From NCBI GenBank assembly GCA_037381915.1, contig JARRQJ010000022.1:973-64972 (forward strand): 64,000 bases of DNA, read 5' to 3'. The DNA comes from Gammaproteobacteria bacterium (GTDB lineage: Bacteria; Pseudomonadota; Gammaproteobacteria; DRLM01). The notes beneath the pieces were generated by a model, which was not told where the DNA came from, searched no databases, and worked only from the letters and a program-made list of their open reading frames with translations. The position numbers were made by a program, and so were the translations under genes. Position 1 is the first letter of the stretch; every line of letters starts with the position of its first letter. Positions 30,576 to 41,177 of the stretch are shown piece by piece.

Positions 30576-31361
30576 ATGGACAAGGTGCATGCCGTCCCGG
30601 CATACAGGGACAATTACATCTGGTTGCTGGACGGGGCTCACGGTGCTGGCGGAGAGCGCCCGGTGGCTATCGTCGATCCGGGCGACGCCTCTCCGGTCCT
30701 GCAGGCGGTGGGCGCGCTGGGCCTCACGCCCGTCGCGATGCTCATCACCCATCACCATAACGACCATATCGGCGGCATCCGGGAAATACACGCCCGCTAT
30801 CCCGTACCTGTGTATGGTCCCGCCCAGGAGAGCATTCCCCATATCTCGCATCCATTGCGCGAGGGAGATCGGGTTGAGCTGCCCGGTTTGCCGACCCTCG
30901 AGGTGCTCGACGTCCCGGGACACACCGCCGGTCACATCGCCTATATCGGGGAGCGGTTCCTGTTCTGCGGAGACACGCTATTCGCGGGTGGATGCGGACG
31001 CCTGTTTGAAGGCACAGCGCCCCAGTTGTATTCGTCTTTGCAAAAACTCACGTCACTGCCAGACGACACTTGGATTTATTGCGCGCATGAGTATACTCTC
31101 AACAACCTCAACTTCGCCTTGGCGGTGGAACCGGATAATCCCATGTTGCAGGACCGCATCGAACGAACTCGAAAAATGCGACGGGAGTTACAGGCAACCG
31201 TTCCTTCCCAGTTGGGGATGGAAAAGCACACCAATCCCTTTTTGCGTTGTCGCATCCCCGCGGTTGTGGACGCGGCGGGGCGCCATGCCGGTCGGCCCGT
31301 GCCTCCCGGACTGGAAACATTTGCCGCGCTGCGCCAGTGGAAGGATGTCTGGCAAGGCTAA
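30576..31361 (+). CDS. gloB: hydroxyacylglutathione hydrolase (glyoxalase II)
   Basis: Metallo-beta-lactamase motif THHHNDHIGG, the N-terminal AYRDNYIWLL, and the conserved C-terminal domain. Confidence 0.9.
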   Translation: MDKVHAVPAYRDNYIWLLDGAHGAGGERPVAIVDPGDASPVLQAVGALGLTPVAMLITHHHNDHIGGIREIHARYPVPVYGPAQESIPHISHPLREGDRVELPGLPTLEVLDVPGHTAGHIAYIGERFLFCGDTLFAGGCGRLFEGTAPQLYSSLQKLTSLPDDTWIYCAHEYTLNNLNFALAVEPDNPMLQDRIERTRKMRRELQATVPSQLGMEKHTNPFLRCRIPAVVDAAGRHAGRPVPPGLETFAALRQWKDVWQG

Positions 31362-31601
31362 ACGATTTTAGGGTTGCGCCGATGATTATGGGTGTCGACA
31401 AAAAGAGGTCCCCACGACGGTAAGTTGCGCATTTAATGCTTTACCGCTGGCGGTTATGTCATATACCGTCCCCAGCATGTCAAGCGCCGCCGCTGATTAA
31501 TCTGTGCGGCATTTCCGTGTTTGCGCCGCCGGATTTGATATTTTTGGCACAGGACACGATATATGTAGTGTCCAGTTAGCCATTATGGCAAGATAAGTAT
31601 T

Positions 31602-33377
31602 ATGGAATATACGAACAAAAAGAAACTCCTGCTCCTCCCCCTGCTGGTGACGGGAATCATGCTCGGCGGTTGTGCGTTGCATGCCCAGCGTCAGACGGCG
31701 GTACGGTCCAGCCCCGTCGCGACAGACGCCAAGGGTCCGCTGCAAGATCAGAATCCGATGGCCTTTACGAGCGAAGACGCCCCCGTCCTGGATGATTCCG
31801 ACACCCTGCTGAATCCGCCGTTTCCCAAACTGTCGGATAAAACCTGGCTGCAGGATCTTGCCGCTTCCGAGACGGCTTCATCCTCCGCGGAAGATGACAC
31901 GTCACAGGCCGACGATGACGCCGACGCATCGACGGACGACGCGAGCGATGACGATACCAACGGCGAAGATTCCAATCTGTGGGAGCGGATCCGCCAGGGT
32001 TTCTCCCTCCCTGAGCAGAACAACGGCCGCATTGCCAGAGAGACCCGCTGGTTCAGCCATCACCAGCAGTACCTGGATCGCGTCGCGGAACGGGCGCAGC
32101 CCTATCTTCACTATATCGTCACCCAGGTGGAACAGCGGGGCATGCCCAGCGAGCTGGCGCTGTTACCCGTGGTGGAGAGCGCCTTCCAGCCGTATGCCTA
32201 TTCCTCCGGCCGCGCCGCCGGTATCTGGCAATTCGTTCCCGCTACGGGAAGACGCTTCGGCTTGAAGCTGAACTGGTGGTACGACGGCCGGCGCGATATC
32301 GTAGCCTCCACCCGAGCGGCGCTGGACTATCTGCAGTATCTGCACAATACCTTCGACGGGGATTGGCTGTTGGCCCTGGCCGCCTACAATTCCGGGGAAG
32401 GCACCGTGCTGAAGGCGATGCGTCACAACCGGCGCCGTCACCGGCCCACCGATTTCTGGTCCCTGCACCTGCCTCGTGAGACCGAACAATACGTGCCCCG
32501 CCTGCTGGCCGTGCGCAATATCGTGGCCGCCCCGGAAAAGGTCGGAATCACCCTCAAACCCATCGCCGACGAACCTTATCTGACCAGAGTAAAGATCGAC
32601 TCGCAATTGGACCTCGCCACGGCGGCCAAGCTGGCCGACATGAATGTGGAGGAACTGCGTCAGCTCAACCCCGGCTTCAACCGCTGGGCCACCGCGCCTA
32701 ACGGGCCGCATCGCCTGCTGCTGCCCTTGGACAAGGCGGCGATCTTTGCCACGCAGGTGGCGGAATTGTCTCCGAAGGACCGGGTACATTGGGTGCGTCA
32801 CCGCGTGCGCCGGGGCGAAACCCTGGGCGGAATCGCCCATCATTACCGGACCACCATAAGGGTGCTGCGCCAGCTGAATAAGATCAGGGGCCATTTGATC
32901 CGGGCGGGACACTATCTGGTGATCCCCATCGAGGACCATTCCCGGAACGGCGGGATGGCTAACCTCACGAAGGTTTCCCGCCATCACCATAAAGCCGTTC
33001 ATACCGTGGCATCGGGGGACAACTTGTGGACGTTGGCCCGCCGCTACGGTGTGACGGTGAAACAACTTTGTTACTGGAATCATTTATCCCGGCACACCCT
33101 CCTGCGCCCGGGGCAGCGGATTGTCGTAAAATTAGGCGCCGGAGGGATAACCCCTACAGTCTTCCACATGTTGACCGCCCCCGCGGAAGTGGCCAAACCC
33201 CGCAAGATCACTTATCGGGTCCGCCGGGGCGATTCCTTATCGCGCATCTCGCATCGCTTCAAGGTCACGATCCGGCAATTGCGCAGATGGAACGGGATCA
33301 AGGTCCATGAATATCTGCAGCCCGGTCAAAAACTGACATTGTATGTGGCGCTGACGGCCGATTCGGAACGGGGCTAG
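31602..33377 (+). CDS. mltD: membrane-bound lytic murein transglycosylase D with C-terminal LysM repeats
   Basis: Lipoprotein signal (LGGC). SLT domain (ELALLPVVESAFQPYAYSSGRAAGIWQF…AYNSGEG). Three LysM-like repeats (HRVRRGETLGGIAHHY…, HTVASGDNLWTLARRY…, YRVRRGDSLSRISHRF…). Confidence 0.9.
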   Translation: MEYTNKKKLLLLPLLVTGIMLGGCALHAQRQTAVRSSPVATDAKGPLQDQNPMAFTSEDAPVLDDSDTLLNPPFPKLSDKTWLQDLAASETASSSAEDDTSQADDDADASTDDASDDDTNGEDSNLWERIRQGFSLPEQNNGRIARETRWFSHHQQYLDRVAERAQPYLHYIVTQVEQRGMPSELALLPVVESAFQPYAYSSGRAAGIWQFVPATGRRFGLKLNWWYDGRRDIVASTRAALDYLQYLHNTFDGDWLLALAAYNSGEGTVLKAMRHNRRRHRPTDFWSLHLPRETEQYVPRLLAVRNIVAAPEKVGITLKPIADEPYLTRVKIDSQLDLATAAKLADMNVEELRQLNPGFNRWATAPNGPHRLLLPLDKAAIFATQVAELSPKDRVHWVRHRVRRGETLGGIAHHYRTTIRVLRQLNKIRGHLIRAGHYLVIPIEDHSRNGGMANLTKVSRHHHKAVHTVASGDNLWTLARRYGVTVKQLCYWNHLSRHTLLRPGQRIVVKLGAGGITPTVFHMLTAPAEVAKPRKITYRVRRGDSLSRISHRFKVTIRQLRRWNGIKVHEYLQPGQKLTLYVALTADSERG

Positions 33378-33862
33378 CTGGCGGGCCTGGGTACGTATGC
33401 CGGCGCGCGGCAGGGCGGGAATCGGCCGCACTCCCAGCGCCAAAACGCTGTGTATCTTGTATAGTCGACGCAGACCATCAAGCGATGGGCGAGTGGCCGC
33501 AAAGGATTAGATCACCCCGGCTTGCACATAAGGAAAAACTCACACAAGCCCTCGTAAGAATCGGCCGGCAGGGGTCTTTTCACTTGAGTTAGCGGCGATT
33601 CTCCGTTAAATTATATTGACATTTTAGCCGGAAGTCCGCCCTTACATAACTAATTAGACGCTTTTTCAGGCACATGCACATTGAAAAATCGCGAAGTTAT
33701 GGCCCCTAACCCGCTGAATACAGCACCTGGTGTCTCGTACTGTTTCGCTATTGATTTGGTCCGGCCGGAGCGGCGTCGTGGGGCTACGTAACTTATTGAT
33801 CTTAAGGTAGCGCCGGGGAACTTCGGCTGATATTTAACTGCAATGATTATATGGAGGTTGAG

Positions 33863-34153
33863 ATGAAAGCGATGGTGTATGCCGCTGGTTTGATGGCCGC
33901 TGTTATCGCAGCGCCGTCTTCCGCCACGGAACTTAAGACGTTCGACCAGCAAATCAGCTATTCTGTCGGTTACAAAGTCGGCAAGAGCCTCAAGGCCGGC
34001 CAAGGTGATCTGAAGTTGAATTTGGATGTCGTGAAGCAGGCCATCACCGACGTGATGACGGGGGCCCCGCTGAAAATGACGGAGGACGAGATGAAGGCGG
34101 CGTTCATGAAACTCCAGAAGGAGCGTCAGGCTAAGGCTCAGGCGGGCAAATAA
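33863..34153 (+). CDS. FKBP-type peptidyl-prolyl isomerase N-terminal (dimerisation) domain protein with no catalytic FKBP domain
   Basis: Signal peptide followed by …QQISYSVGYKVGKSLKAGQGDLKLNLDVVKQAITDVMTGAPLKMTEDEMKAAFMKLQKERQAKAQ, matching the FkpA/FklB N-terminal domain. The ORF stops after 96 aa and a terminator follows. Confidence 0.65.
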   Translation: MKAMVYAAGLMAAVIAAPSSATELKTFDQQISYSVGYKVGKSLKAGQGDLKLNLDVVKQAITDVMTGAPLKMTEDEMKAAFMKLQKERQAKAQAGK

Positions 34154-34216
34154 CACACTCTCTTCCGACTGCGAAGTGCGACGCACTTCGCCAGGCGGCA
34201 ATCGACAATAAAGAAT

Positions 34217-34245
34217 GGGTCAACCGCGGGTTGACCCATTTTTTT
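34217..34245. terminator. intrinsic terminator: hairpin gggtcaacc-gcg-ggttgaccc followed by a T7 tract; likely bidirectional, serving both the FKBP_N gene and yejF
   Basis: 9-bp perfect stem with a 3-nt loop and a T-run, seen directly in the sequence. Confidence 0.8.
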
Positions 34246-34287
34246 CCCACCTAAAGCCGGCAACCCTCGCTACGATACCGGACGATA

Positions 34288-36321
34288 TCAGCGGTCGTTG
34301 CCCTCACCATATAAGAAGCAATTCACATGATGGGTATCGCTTATTTGCGAGTAACGCGGATAACGCTCCCGGCAGACTTCGGTCGCGTGAGGACAGCGGG
34401 GATGGAAAAAACAGCCGCGCGGCGGGTTGACCGGTGAAGGCAAGTCACCTTGCAACCGGATCACGTCCCGCTGGGAAGTTTCGTCGAGCGTAGGGACCGC
34501 CGAAAGCAAAGCTTCGGTATAGGGATGCTTGGGGTGCCTTAGCACCTCCTCCACCCTGCCTTGCTCCACGATACGGCCGAGGTACATCACCGCGACGGTG
34601 TGGGCGAGGTATTCCACCACCGACATATTATGGGTGATAAACAAATAGGTCAGGCCCAGTTCGTCTTGCAGCCCTTTCAGCAGATTCAGGATCTGGGCCT
34701 GCACCGACACGTCCAGGGCGCTGGTCGGCTCATCGCACACGATCACCTTGGGATTGACCGCCAGGGCCCGCGCGATGCAAATACGCTGCCGCTGCCCTCC
34801 CGAAAATTCATGGGGATAACGATGCTTCGCCTCCGCCGACAAGCCGACCTGCGTCAACAAGGCCTCGACACGCTGTTGACGCTCCGCCGGCGAACCGGCG
34901 ATCTTTTGCGCAAGCATTCCCTCTTCGATGATATCGCCCACCATCATGCGCGGATTCATGGAAGAATAGGGATCCTGGAAGATGATTTGCAGGTCGCGGC
35001 GATGGGGACGCAACTCCCGCGTCGACATATGGGTAAGTTCCATTCCGTTGTATTCGACGCTGCCGGCCGTGGGCCGGACCAATTGTAACAACGCCTTGCC
35101 CACCGTGGTCTTGCCGCAACCCGACTCGCCCACCAAGGCGACGGTGCGGCTGCGGTGCAGGCCCAAACTCACGCCATCCACCGCCTTGACATGGCCCACA
35201 ATCCGCTTGAACAGTCCTTTATGGATGGGGAAATGCACCTTGAGGCGGTTCACTTCCAAAATAGCCTTCCCTGCATCCAGCATCTCGTTTGCGGCATGGC
35301 CGACCGGCACCGTCGAGACGGCTTGCGGGACCGGCCGCAAGATAGTGGGATCCATGAGATGGCAACGGACGCCATGATCCGGTTCCGCCTCAAGCCAGCG
35401 CGGCGCCTTCTCTCGACAGGTCTGCCAGGCGAAATCGCAACGATCGACGAAACGGCAGGCGGGAAACTCGCGCGCCAGAGACGGGACCGAGCCGTGAATC
35501 ACTGCCAGGGGTTTGCCGCGTTTGGCCTTGGCCGGCACTGAAGCGAACAGTTTCTGGGAATAGGGGTGGAGAGGACGCGCGAAAAAGGCCGCACGCGGTG
35601 CCTGTTCAACGATATGTCCCGCATACATCACCGCGACGTGGTCGGCCATCCCCGCTACCACGCCGAGATCGTGGGTGATGAGCAGGATGGCCATTCCCGT
35701 AGTCTTCTGCAGTTGTTGCAGGAGTTCCAGGATCTGGGCCTGGATGGTCACGTCCAGGGCGGTGGTGGGTTCATCGGCGATGAGCAGCTCCGGTTCACCG
35801 GCTAGAGCGATGGCGATCATCACCCGCTGCTTCATACCGCCGGAAAGCTGATGGGGATATTCGCCGTAACGGCGCGCCCGATCGGGAATCCCGACCGCAT
35901 CCAGCAGCTCCAGCACCCGCTTGCGCTGCACGCCGCCGCGCAAACCACGGTGACGCTGCAAGACCTCCCCGATCTGCTCGCCCACCGTGAGCACCGGATT
36001 CAAGGAGGTCATTGGCTCCTGGAAGATCATGGCGATGCGGCGCCCGCGCACGTTCTGCATCGCCACTTCCGACAAACCCAGCAAATCCTGACCGTCCAGC
36101 ACCACCTCGCCGGAGAGGTTACCGACCGCCTGTTGCGGCAACAGTTGCATGATGCTGAGCGCGGTCATGGACTTGCCGCACCCGGATTCACCCAACAAAG
36201 CGAAGGTCTCGCCGCGTCGCACCTCGAAGCTGATGCCGTCCACGGCACGAATCGGCCCCCTGCTGCTCGTGAAATAGGTCCTGAGATCGCGAATCGATAG
36301 CAACACGTCGTTCTGAGACAC
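34288..36321 (-). CDS. yejF: peptide/microcin ABC transporter, fused double ATP-binding protein
   Basis: Two ABC ATPase modules (GESGCGKS… and [11 protein letters not shown]…) with LSGG signatures and C-terminal oligopeptide-transporter extensions. Confidence 0.9.
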   Translation of the reverse strand: MSQNDVLLSIRDLRTYFTSSRGPIRAVDGISFEVRRGETFALLGESGCGKSMTALSIMQLLPQQAVGNLSGEVVLDGQDLLGLSEVAMQNVRGRRIAMIFQEPMTSLNPVLTVGEQIGEVLQRHRGLRGGVQRKRVLELLDAVGIPDRARRYGEYPHQLSGGMKQRVMIAIALAGEPELLIADEPTTALDVTIQAQILELLQQLQKTTGMAILLITHDLGVVAGMADHVAVMYAGHIVEQAPRAAFFARPLHPYSQKLFASVPAKAKRGKPLAVIHGSVPSLAREFPACRFVDRCDFAWQTCREKAPRWLEAEPDHGVRCHLMDPTILRPVPQAVSTVPVGHAANEMLDAGKAILEVNRLKVHFPIHKGLFKRIVGHVKAVDGVSLGLHRSRTVALVGESGCGKTTVGKALLQLVRPTAGSVEYNGMELTHMSTRELRPHRRDLQIIFQDPYSSMNPRMMVGDIIEEGMLAQKIAGSPAERQQRVEALLTQVGLSAEAKHRYPHEFSGGQRQRICIARALAVNPKVIVCDEPTSALDVSVQAQILNLLKGLQDELGLTYLFITHNMSVVEYLAHTVAVMYLGRIVEQGRVEEVLRHPKHPYTEALLSAVPTLDETSQRDVIRLQGDLPSPVNPPRGCFFHPRCPHATEVCRERYPRYSQISDTHHVNCFLYGEGNDR

Positions 36322-37746
36322 TTACTGTTTCCTCAATCTGGGGTCGAAGGCGTCACGCACCGCGTCTGAAAATAAATTGGCGGCCAATACCAGGACGAAC
36401 ATCAAGACGAAGGCCGCCAGCAGCGACCACCAGACGATGGGTTCCCGCGCCATCTCCAGACGGGCCGCATTGATCATATTGCCCCAGCTGTTCATGGTCG
36501 GGTCCACGCCGACACCCACATACGACAACACCGCCTCCGCCAATACCAGGCCGCTGAAGTCCAGCACCACCGAGATCAGCACGATATGCATCACATTGGG
36601 CAGGATATGCCGCGTGATAATGCGCAAATGTCCCACGCCGAAGGCGGAGGCGGCTTGAATATATTCTACCCCGCTGAGCTTCAAGGTTTCGCCGCGCAAC
36701 AGGCGGCACAATCCCGTCCAGCTGGTAATGCCGAGAATGACACACAAACCCAGTAGCCGAATATCCGCACGGTAGGCGATGGTATCAAATATTTTCCAGT
36801 CCGGATGGGTCTGCATGAAAACCTGCAAGGTGAGGATCGCCGCGGCGATCAACAATACCCCCGGGATCGAATTGAGGGTGGTGTAGACATATTGAATAAC
36901 ATCGTCCACCCAACCGCGGAAATAACCGGCCATGATGCCCAGCAGGATGGCGAATGGCAGCATCACCAGGGTGGTCAGCGTTCCGATCACCAGGCCGGTG
37001 CGAATGCTCTTCAGCGATTGATACAACACGTCCTGTCCCACCTTGTCGGTGCCGAATACGTGATAGTTGACACCCAGATCCGCCGCCAGCATCGCCAGCA
37101 GGATCAGGATCCCGGCGGTGAACAGAATGACGTTCCAAGGCATGGACGTCCTGCCGGCAAAAACGTCGCGTATGGTCTGCCCCACCTCGGCGCGTCGGCG
37201 CAAAGCCAGGATTCCCACCACCACCGCAGTCAGGATCAGCCACAGACCTATGCCCTGCAGCAGCGCGATACCGATGATTGATATGATATCCGGCCACCGG
37301 TCGCGCTCCGGGTTTTTCAGATAGGCGCCCCCGTATTTCAGGCGCGGGTAGGCGCGGATGGTCTTGCCGTCGGCCCCCTCCATGGTCTCTTTGCTATACA
37401 GGTGAGTAGCGAACGGCGCCGAATAGGTCTTCTCCACGTGACCACGCAGGGGCTGCAATATCGTATCCAGGACACTGGCAACCTCCGGGGAGTAGTGGAT
37501 CTGCCCCCCTCTGGTATCGTTGGTCAATGCCCGCTGAAAATGAAGCGAGTCCAACAGGCCGACGCCGACATAAGCCAGCAGGACCACCAGGGAGGCCATG
37601 GCCATGCGGCTCTGACCTACCAGACGCCACGGCGCTCGCAGCGGTTCCTTGCCCCGGGCGTAGAAGATGAAAGCGACGATCACCACCACTAACAGATAAA
37701 TCAGGGCATCGGTCCACAGGATGACGGGTTTGAACGACATATGCAC
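36322..37746 (-). CDS. yejE: peptide ABC transporter permease
   Basis: Large N-terminal periplasmic loop plus a BPD-type permease core. Lies in an operon with yejB and yejF. Confidence 0.9.
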   Translation of the reverse strand: MHMSFKPVILWTDALIYLLVVVIVAFIFYARGKEPLRAPWRLVGQSRMAMASLVVLLAYVGVGLLDSLHFQRALTNDTRGGQIHYSPEVASVLDTILQPLRGHVEKTYSAPFATHLYSKETMEGADGKTIRAYPRLKYGGAYLKNPERDRWPDIISIIGIALLQGIGLWLILTAVVVGILALRRRAEVGQTIRDVFAGRTSMPWNVILFTAGILILLAMLAADLGVNYHVFGTDKVGQDVLYQSLKSIRTGLVIGTLTTLVMLPFAILLGIMAGYFRGWVDDVIQYVYTTLNSIPGVLLIAAAILTLQVFMQTHPDWKIFDTIAYRADIRLLGLCVILGITSWTGLCRLLRGETLKLSGVEYIQAASAFGVGHLRIITRHILPNVMHIVLISVVLDFSGLVLAEAVLSYVGVGVDPTMNSWGNMINAARLEMAREPIVWWSLLAAFVLMFVLVLAANLFSDAVRDAFDPRLRKQ

Positions 37747-37747
37747 C

Positions 37748-38725
37748 CTACCCCAAACGTACCCGCGGATCGACCAGGGTGTAGGAGATGTCGGTCAACA
37801 ACAGACCGACGATGTACATCACCGAGCCCAGAAACACCATGGCGCGCACAATGCCGAAATCCTGAGCATTGATGGCATCGATGGTGTAACTGCCCAGACC
37901 CGGGATGCCAAAGAACGATTCGGTGAGCAAACTGCCCATGAACAACAACGGCAGTACCACCACCGCGCCAGTGAGAATAGGGATCATGGCGTTCTTCAAG
38001 ACATGCTTGAGCAACACCAGCGGTTCGGCGAGGCCCTTGGCGCGGGCGGTGCGCACATAGTCCTTGCCCATCTCTTCCAGGAAGATGGTGCGATACCAGC
38101 GCGTCCCGCTGCCCACGCCGCCGATAATGCCGATCATCACCGGCAACACCACGAACTTGAAGGCATCGAGGCCGCCTTGATACCCCGAGATGGGCACCAG
38201 TTGCAAGAATTTGCCGATCAGATACTGGCCGCCGATGATGTAGAACAAACCGGAAATCGACATCAGGCTCACGCACAGTATCACCCCTCCCAAATCGATA
38301 TAGGTGGCCCGAAAAAATGCAATAAGCAGGGCAAAGGTGATATTGACCAGGATGCCGATGATAAACACCGGCACGGCGATGGCGAGGCTGGGCCACATGC
38401 GTTGCCGGATATCGTAGCCGATGTCCCTGCCGTCATCCGCCGCCCCGAAATGGAAAACGAACAGGCTCAGGGATTTTTGGTAAAAAATAGTGTCACTGAG
38501 CTTGTCGAAACCGGAGGCCTTGGCATTGTACAGCAAGGGCTTGTCGTACCCGTGTTCGTGCTCCCAGGCATGGATGGCCTCGGGCGTGACGCGCTTCATG
38601 CCGAGCTGCATGCGCGCCATGTCGTCGGGGCTGTTCACCACGAAAAACAAGGTAAAGGTGATGAGATTTATCCCGATCAGGATAGGTATGGCATAGAGGA
38701 TGCGTCTGACGATATACGCGAGCAT
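37748..38725 (-). CDS. yejB: peptide ABC transporter permease
   Basis: DppB/OppB-like permease with the RTARAKGL EAA-loop. Confidence 0.9.
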   Translation of the reverse strand: MLAYIVRRILYAIPILIGINLITFTLFFVVNSPDDMARMQLGMKRVTPEAIHAWEHEHGYDKPLLYNAKASGFDKLSDTIFYQKSLSLFVFHFGAADDGRDIGYDIRQRMWPSLAIAVPVFIIGILVNITFALLIAFFRATYIDLGGVILCVSLMSISGLFYIIGGQYLIGKFLQLVPISGYQGGLDAFKFVVLPVMIGIIGGVGSGTRWYRTIFLEEMGKDYVRTARAKGLAEPLVLLKHVLKNAMIPILTGAVVVLPLLFMGSLLTESFFGIPGLGSYTIDAINAQDFGIVRAMVFLGSVMYIVGLLLTDISYTLVDPRVRLG

Positions 38726-38728
38726 CGG

Positions 38729-40933
38729 CTATGACCTCTTGATCGGTGTATGCTGGCGCCGGCGGTATATCGCCACGGCAGGCAGGGAAGCCAACACCAG
38801 CAATGCCAGCAGCACGCCGAACGGCCATAGCACCGGCTGATTCCATTGCGCCACTTCGCGCGCCCGCAACTTGGGATCGATTCGCAGATATTTAAGGGTG
38901 TTGTTGGCCATGAGATTGGGTTTGGCGTTTTGTAACCATGAATGGTAAAGACTGAAGCCCTTGGGATGGAAGCCCCACACCCACGGCGTGTCACGGCGCG
39001 CGATCTCCACCATGCGGTCAATGACCGCCTGCCGCGCGGAGCCGTTAGGCATATCCTTCATCTGGTCGAAGAGCTGATTGAATTTGGGATTATTATAATT
39101 GGCCGCGTTCTCACCCTGGGATTTGGCCTTGGCGTTGGGCCCGTAAAGCAGGAACAGGAAATTCTCGGGGTCGGGGTAATCCGCATTCCATCCCCAGAGA
39201 AAAATCTGGTCATCTCCTTTCAGCATCTTGTCCTGAAAACGATTGTAATCGGTGTTGCGGATATCCAGCTGGATGTTGATCTTCTGGAATTGTTTGGTAT
39301 ACCAATCCAGGCGCGCCTTGTCACCCGGGCCGGTGGCGGTGATATCGAGGTGGAGCAGCAGCGGTGTGCCGGTCTTGGCGTCCACCCCGTTGGGATAGCC
39401 CGCCTCCGCCAACAGGCGCCGCGCCACGGCCAGGGGTTTGCGCCGTGGCGCGCCGTTGACCCAGTCGTACATATAAGGGTTCATGCCCGCCTTGCCGTCG
39501 CGATAACCGAAGATACCGGGTGGAATGGGTCCTTGCGCCGGAATACCGCGACCGTTTTGGAAAATGGAGATATATTCTTCCTGGTCTATGGCGATGGATA
39601 CCGCCTGGCGCAATTTGCGCCCCCGCTCATCCAGACCGCCCACTACCGGATCGAGCATATTGAACCCCATGTAATAGGTCGAAGCCCCGACCGCCGTCTC
39701 CAGACGAATACCCTTCTTCCGCATGGCCTCGGTCAAGGTGGCCTCGCCCTGGCTGCCGATGCGCACCGCTTGATCGAAACTGTCGGAACTGATGCCGGAG
39801 GAGTCGTAGTACCCCTGCAGAAATTTGTTCCAGTAGGGAATATCCTCCTTCTCCAGGCTGTAAACCACCTTGTCTATGAACGGTAAGGGCTTGCCCGCAT
39901 CGGCGAGCAGCCCCGCCTCCCGGTCGCCGGGATCGCCCTTGCTCGGATAGCGTTCCCGGTGGAAGTTGGGGTTGCGCTCCAACACCATGCGGCGGTTGGG
40001 ATTGTTGACGGTGAGCATGTAGGGCCCGGTACCCACCGGATACCAGTCCAGGGTGATGTTCTTTTCCGCCATGCCGGGCTGAGCATAGAAATGGTCCACT
40101 TCCTTGGGCAGCGGCGCGAAAAACGGCATGGATAACCAGTAGAGAAACTGAGGGTAGACGCCGTGGATCTTGATGCGGTAGGTAAACCTGTCCACCACTT
40201 GCGCCCCTTCGAGGGGATAGCGGTCGAGGTCGAGAAACGCCTCGCCCCCGCCCTGGCTCTTATGCGCGGCCAGGGCCTTCTGCAGGGTTTTCCGGTATTC
40301 CTTCATGCCGACGATGTAATTGCTCATCAAGCCCAGGATGGGCGAATGCAGTTGCGGATGGGCCAGGCGCTTGATCTCGTACACATAGTCCGCCGCGGTC
40401 AACTCACGCGTACCGCGTTCGGGGAAATCGGCAAGCGTATTGATACCGTCTAAATCAGCCGCGCTCAAATGCTGATAGAGCGGCTTGCCGTCGGCGCCTA
40501 CAGCGAAGGCGGGATGGGGTTGATAGCGGATCCCGGGACGGATGTGGACAGTGTAGACCGTGTAGGCCACGGATTGCGGCGGCGCGTCATGCGGCAAGCG
40601 CTGCCCTTTGGTGTCGAAGAATTTCGCACGGGGCATGGCTGTGACCGTCGCGGGGATCAGGGTATAGGGCCGTTTTAGATACTGATATTGCAGGGGCGGT
40701 TCGTAAATCTGGCTGATGAAGCGGTACTCGTTGGCCGAATAGGAACGGGCCGGATCGAGGTGCTTGGGCCGCACCTTGAAAGAGGCGAACATCACATTGC
40801 CCCGCAATTCGCTGGCGGGATAGGGGCTGTTCCACGGCGCACCGCCGCACCCCGCCGTCAGCAATACGACCCATAAACCCACCGCCAAAGCGCCAAACCG
40901 CGTTATCAGCGCGATGAAATAACCCCGATTCAT
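38729..40933 (-). CDS. yejA: family-5 extracellular solute-binding protein (lipoprotein), YejA-like
   Basis: ~730 aa, SBP_bac_5-like, with a lipobox LLTAGCGG. Start chosen at MNRGYFIALI; the ORF track extends to 41026. Confidence 0.85.
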   Translation of the reverse strand: MNRGYFIALITRFGALAVGLWVVLLTAGCGGAPWNSPYPASELRGNVMFASFKVRPKHLDPARSYSANEYRFISQIYEPPLQYQYLKRPYTLIPATVTAMPRAKFFDTKGQRLPHDAPPQSVAYTVYTVHIRPGIRYQPHPAFAVGADGKPLYQHLSAADLDGINTLADFPERGTRELTAADYVYEIKRLAHPQLHSPILGLMSNYIVGMKEYRKTLQKALAAHKSQGGGEAFLDLDRYPLEGAQVVDRFTYRIKIHGVYPQFLYWLSMPFFAPLPKEVDHFYAQPGMAEKNITLDWYPVGTGPYMLTVNNPNRRMVLERNPNFHRERYPSKGDPGDREAGLLADAGKPLPFIDKVVYSLEKEDIPYWNKFLQGYYDSSGISSDSFDQAVRIGSQGEATLTEAMRKKGIRLETAVGASTYYMGFNMLDPVVGGLDERGRKLRQAVSIAIDQEEYISIFQNGRGIPAQGPIPPGIFGYRDGKAGMNPYMYDWVNGAPRRKPLAVARRLLAEAGYPNGVDAKTGTPLLLHLDITATGPGDKARLDWYTKQFQKINIQLDIRNTDYNRFQDKMLKGDDQIFLWGWNADYPDPENFLFLLYGPNAKAKSQGENAANYNNPKFNQLFDQMKDMPNGSARQAVIDRMVEIARRDTPWVWGFHPKGFSLYHSWLQNAKPNLMANNTLKYLRIDPKLRAREVAQWNQPVLWPFGVLLALLVLASLPAVAIYRRRQHTPIKRS

Positions 40934-41177
40934 AGGTCCCCTGTTACGGCACCTCTTGCTTGCCAATTCACCAAATTCTCGTCCTCGCCTTCTGAGACCT
41001 CGCATCAGTATATACGTTTCGGCCACCGGCGTTCATGCTGTACTATAGCGGTCAGGGACGGCCTCTTCCCGTCACAGCCGATTTTCGGTAGTGTACCGGC
41101 CACAGGGGCGGGGGCGGCGCAGATGTGCACCGACTCGAAACACGATACGGCAGGATTAAGATCGAAGGACATATGCT

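Noticed and set aside
33378-33862. Possible sRNA or small ORF in the 485-bp spacer between mltD and the FKBP_N gene (ORF 33650..34201, minus strand)
   Set aside because: The minus-strand ORF overlaps the SD-supported FKBP_N gene and has an implausible composition. I found no recognisable conserved ncRNA such as tmRNA, RNase P, SRP or 6S RNA.
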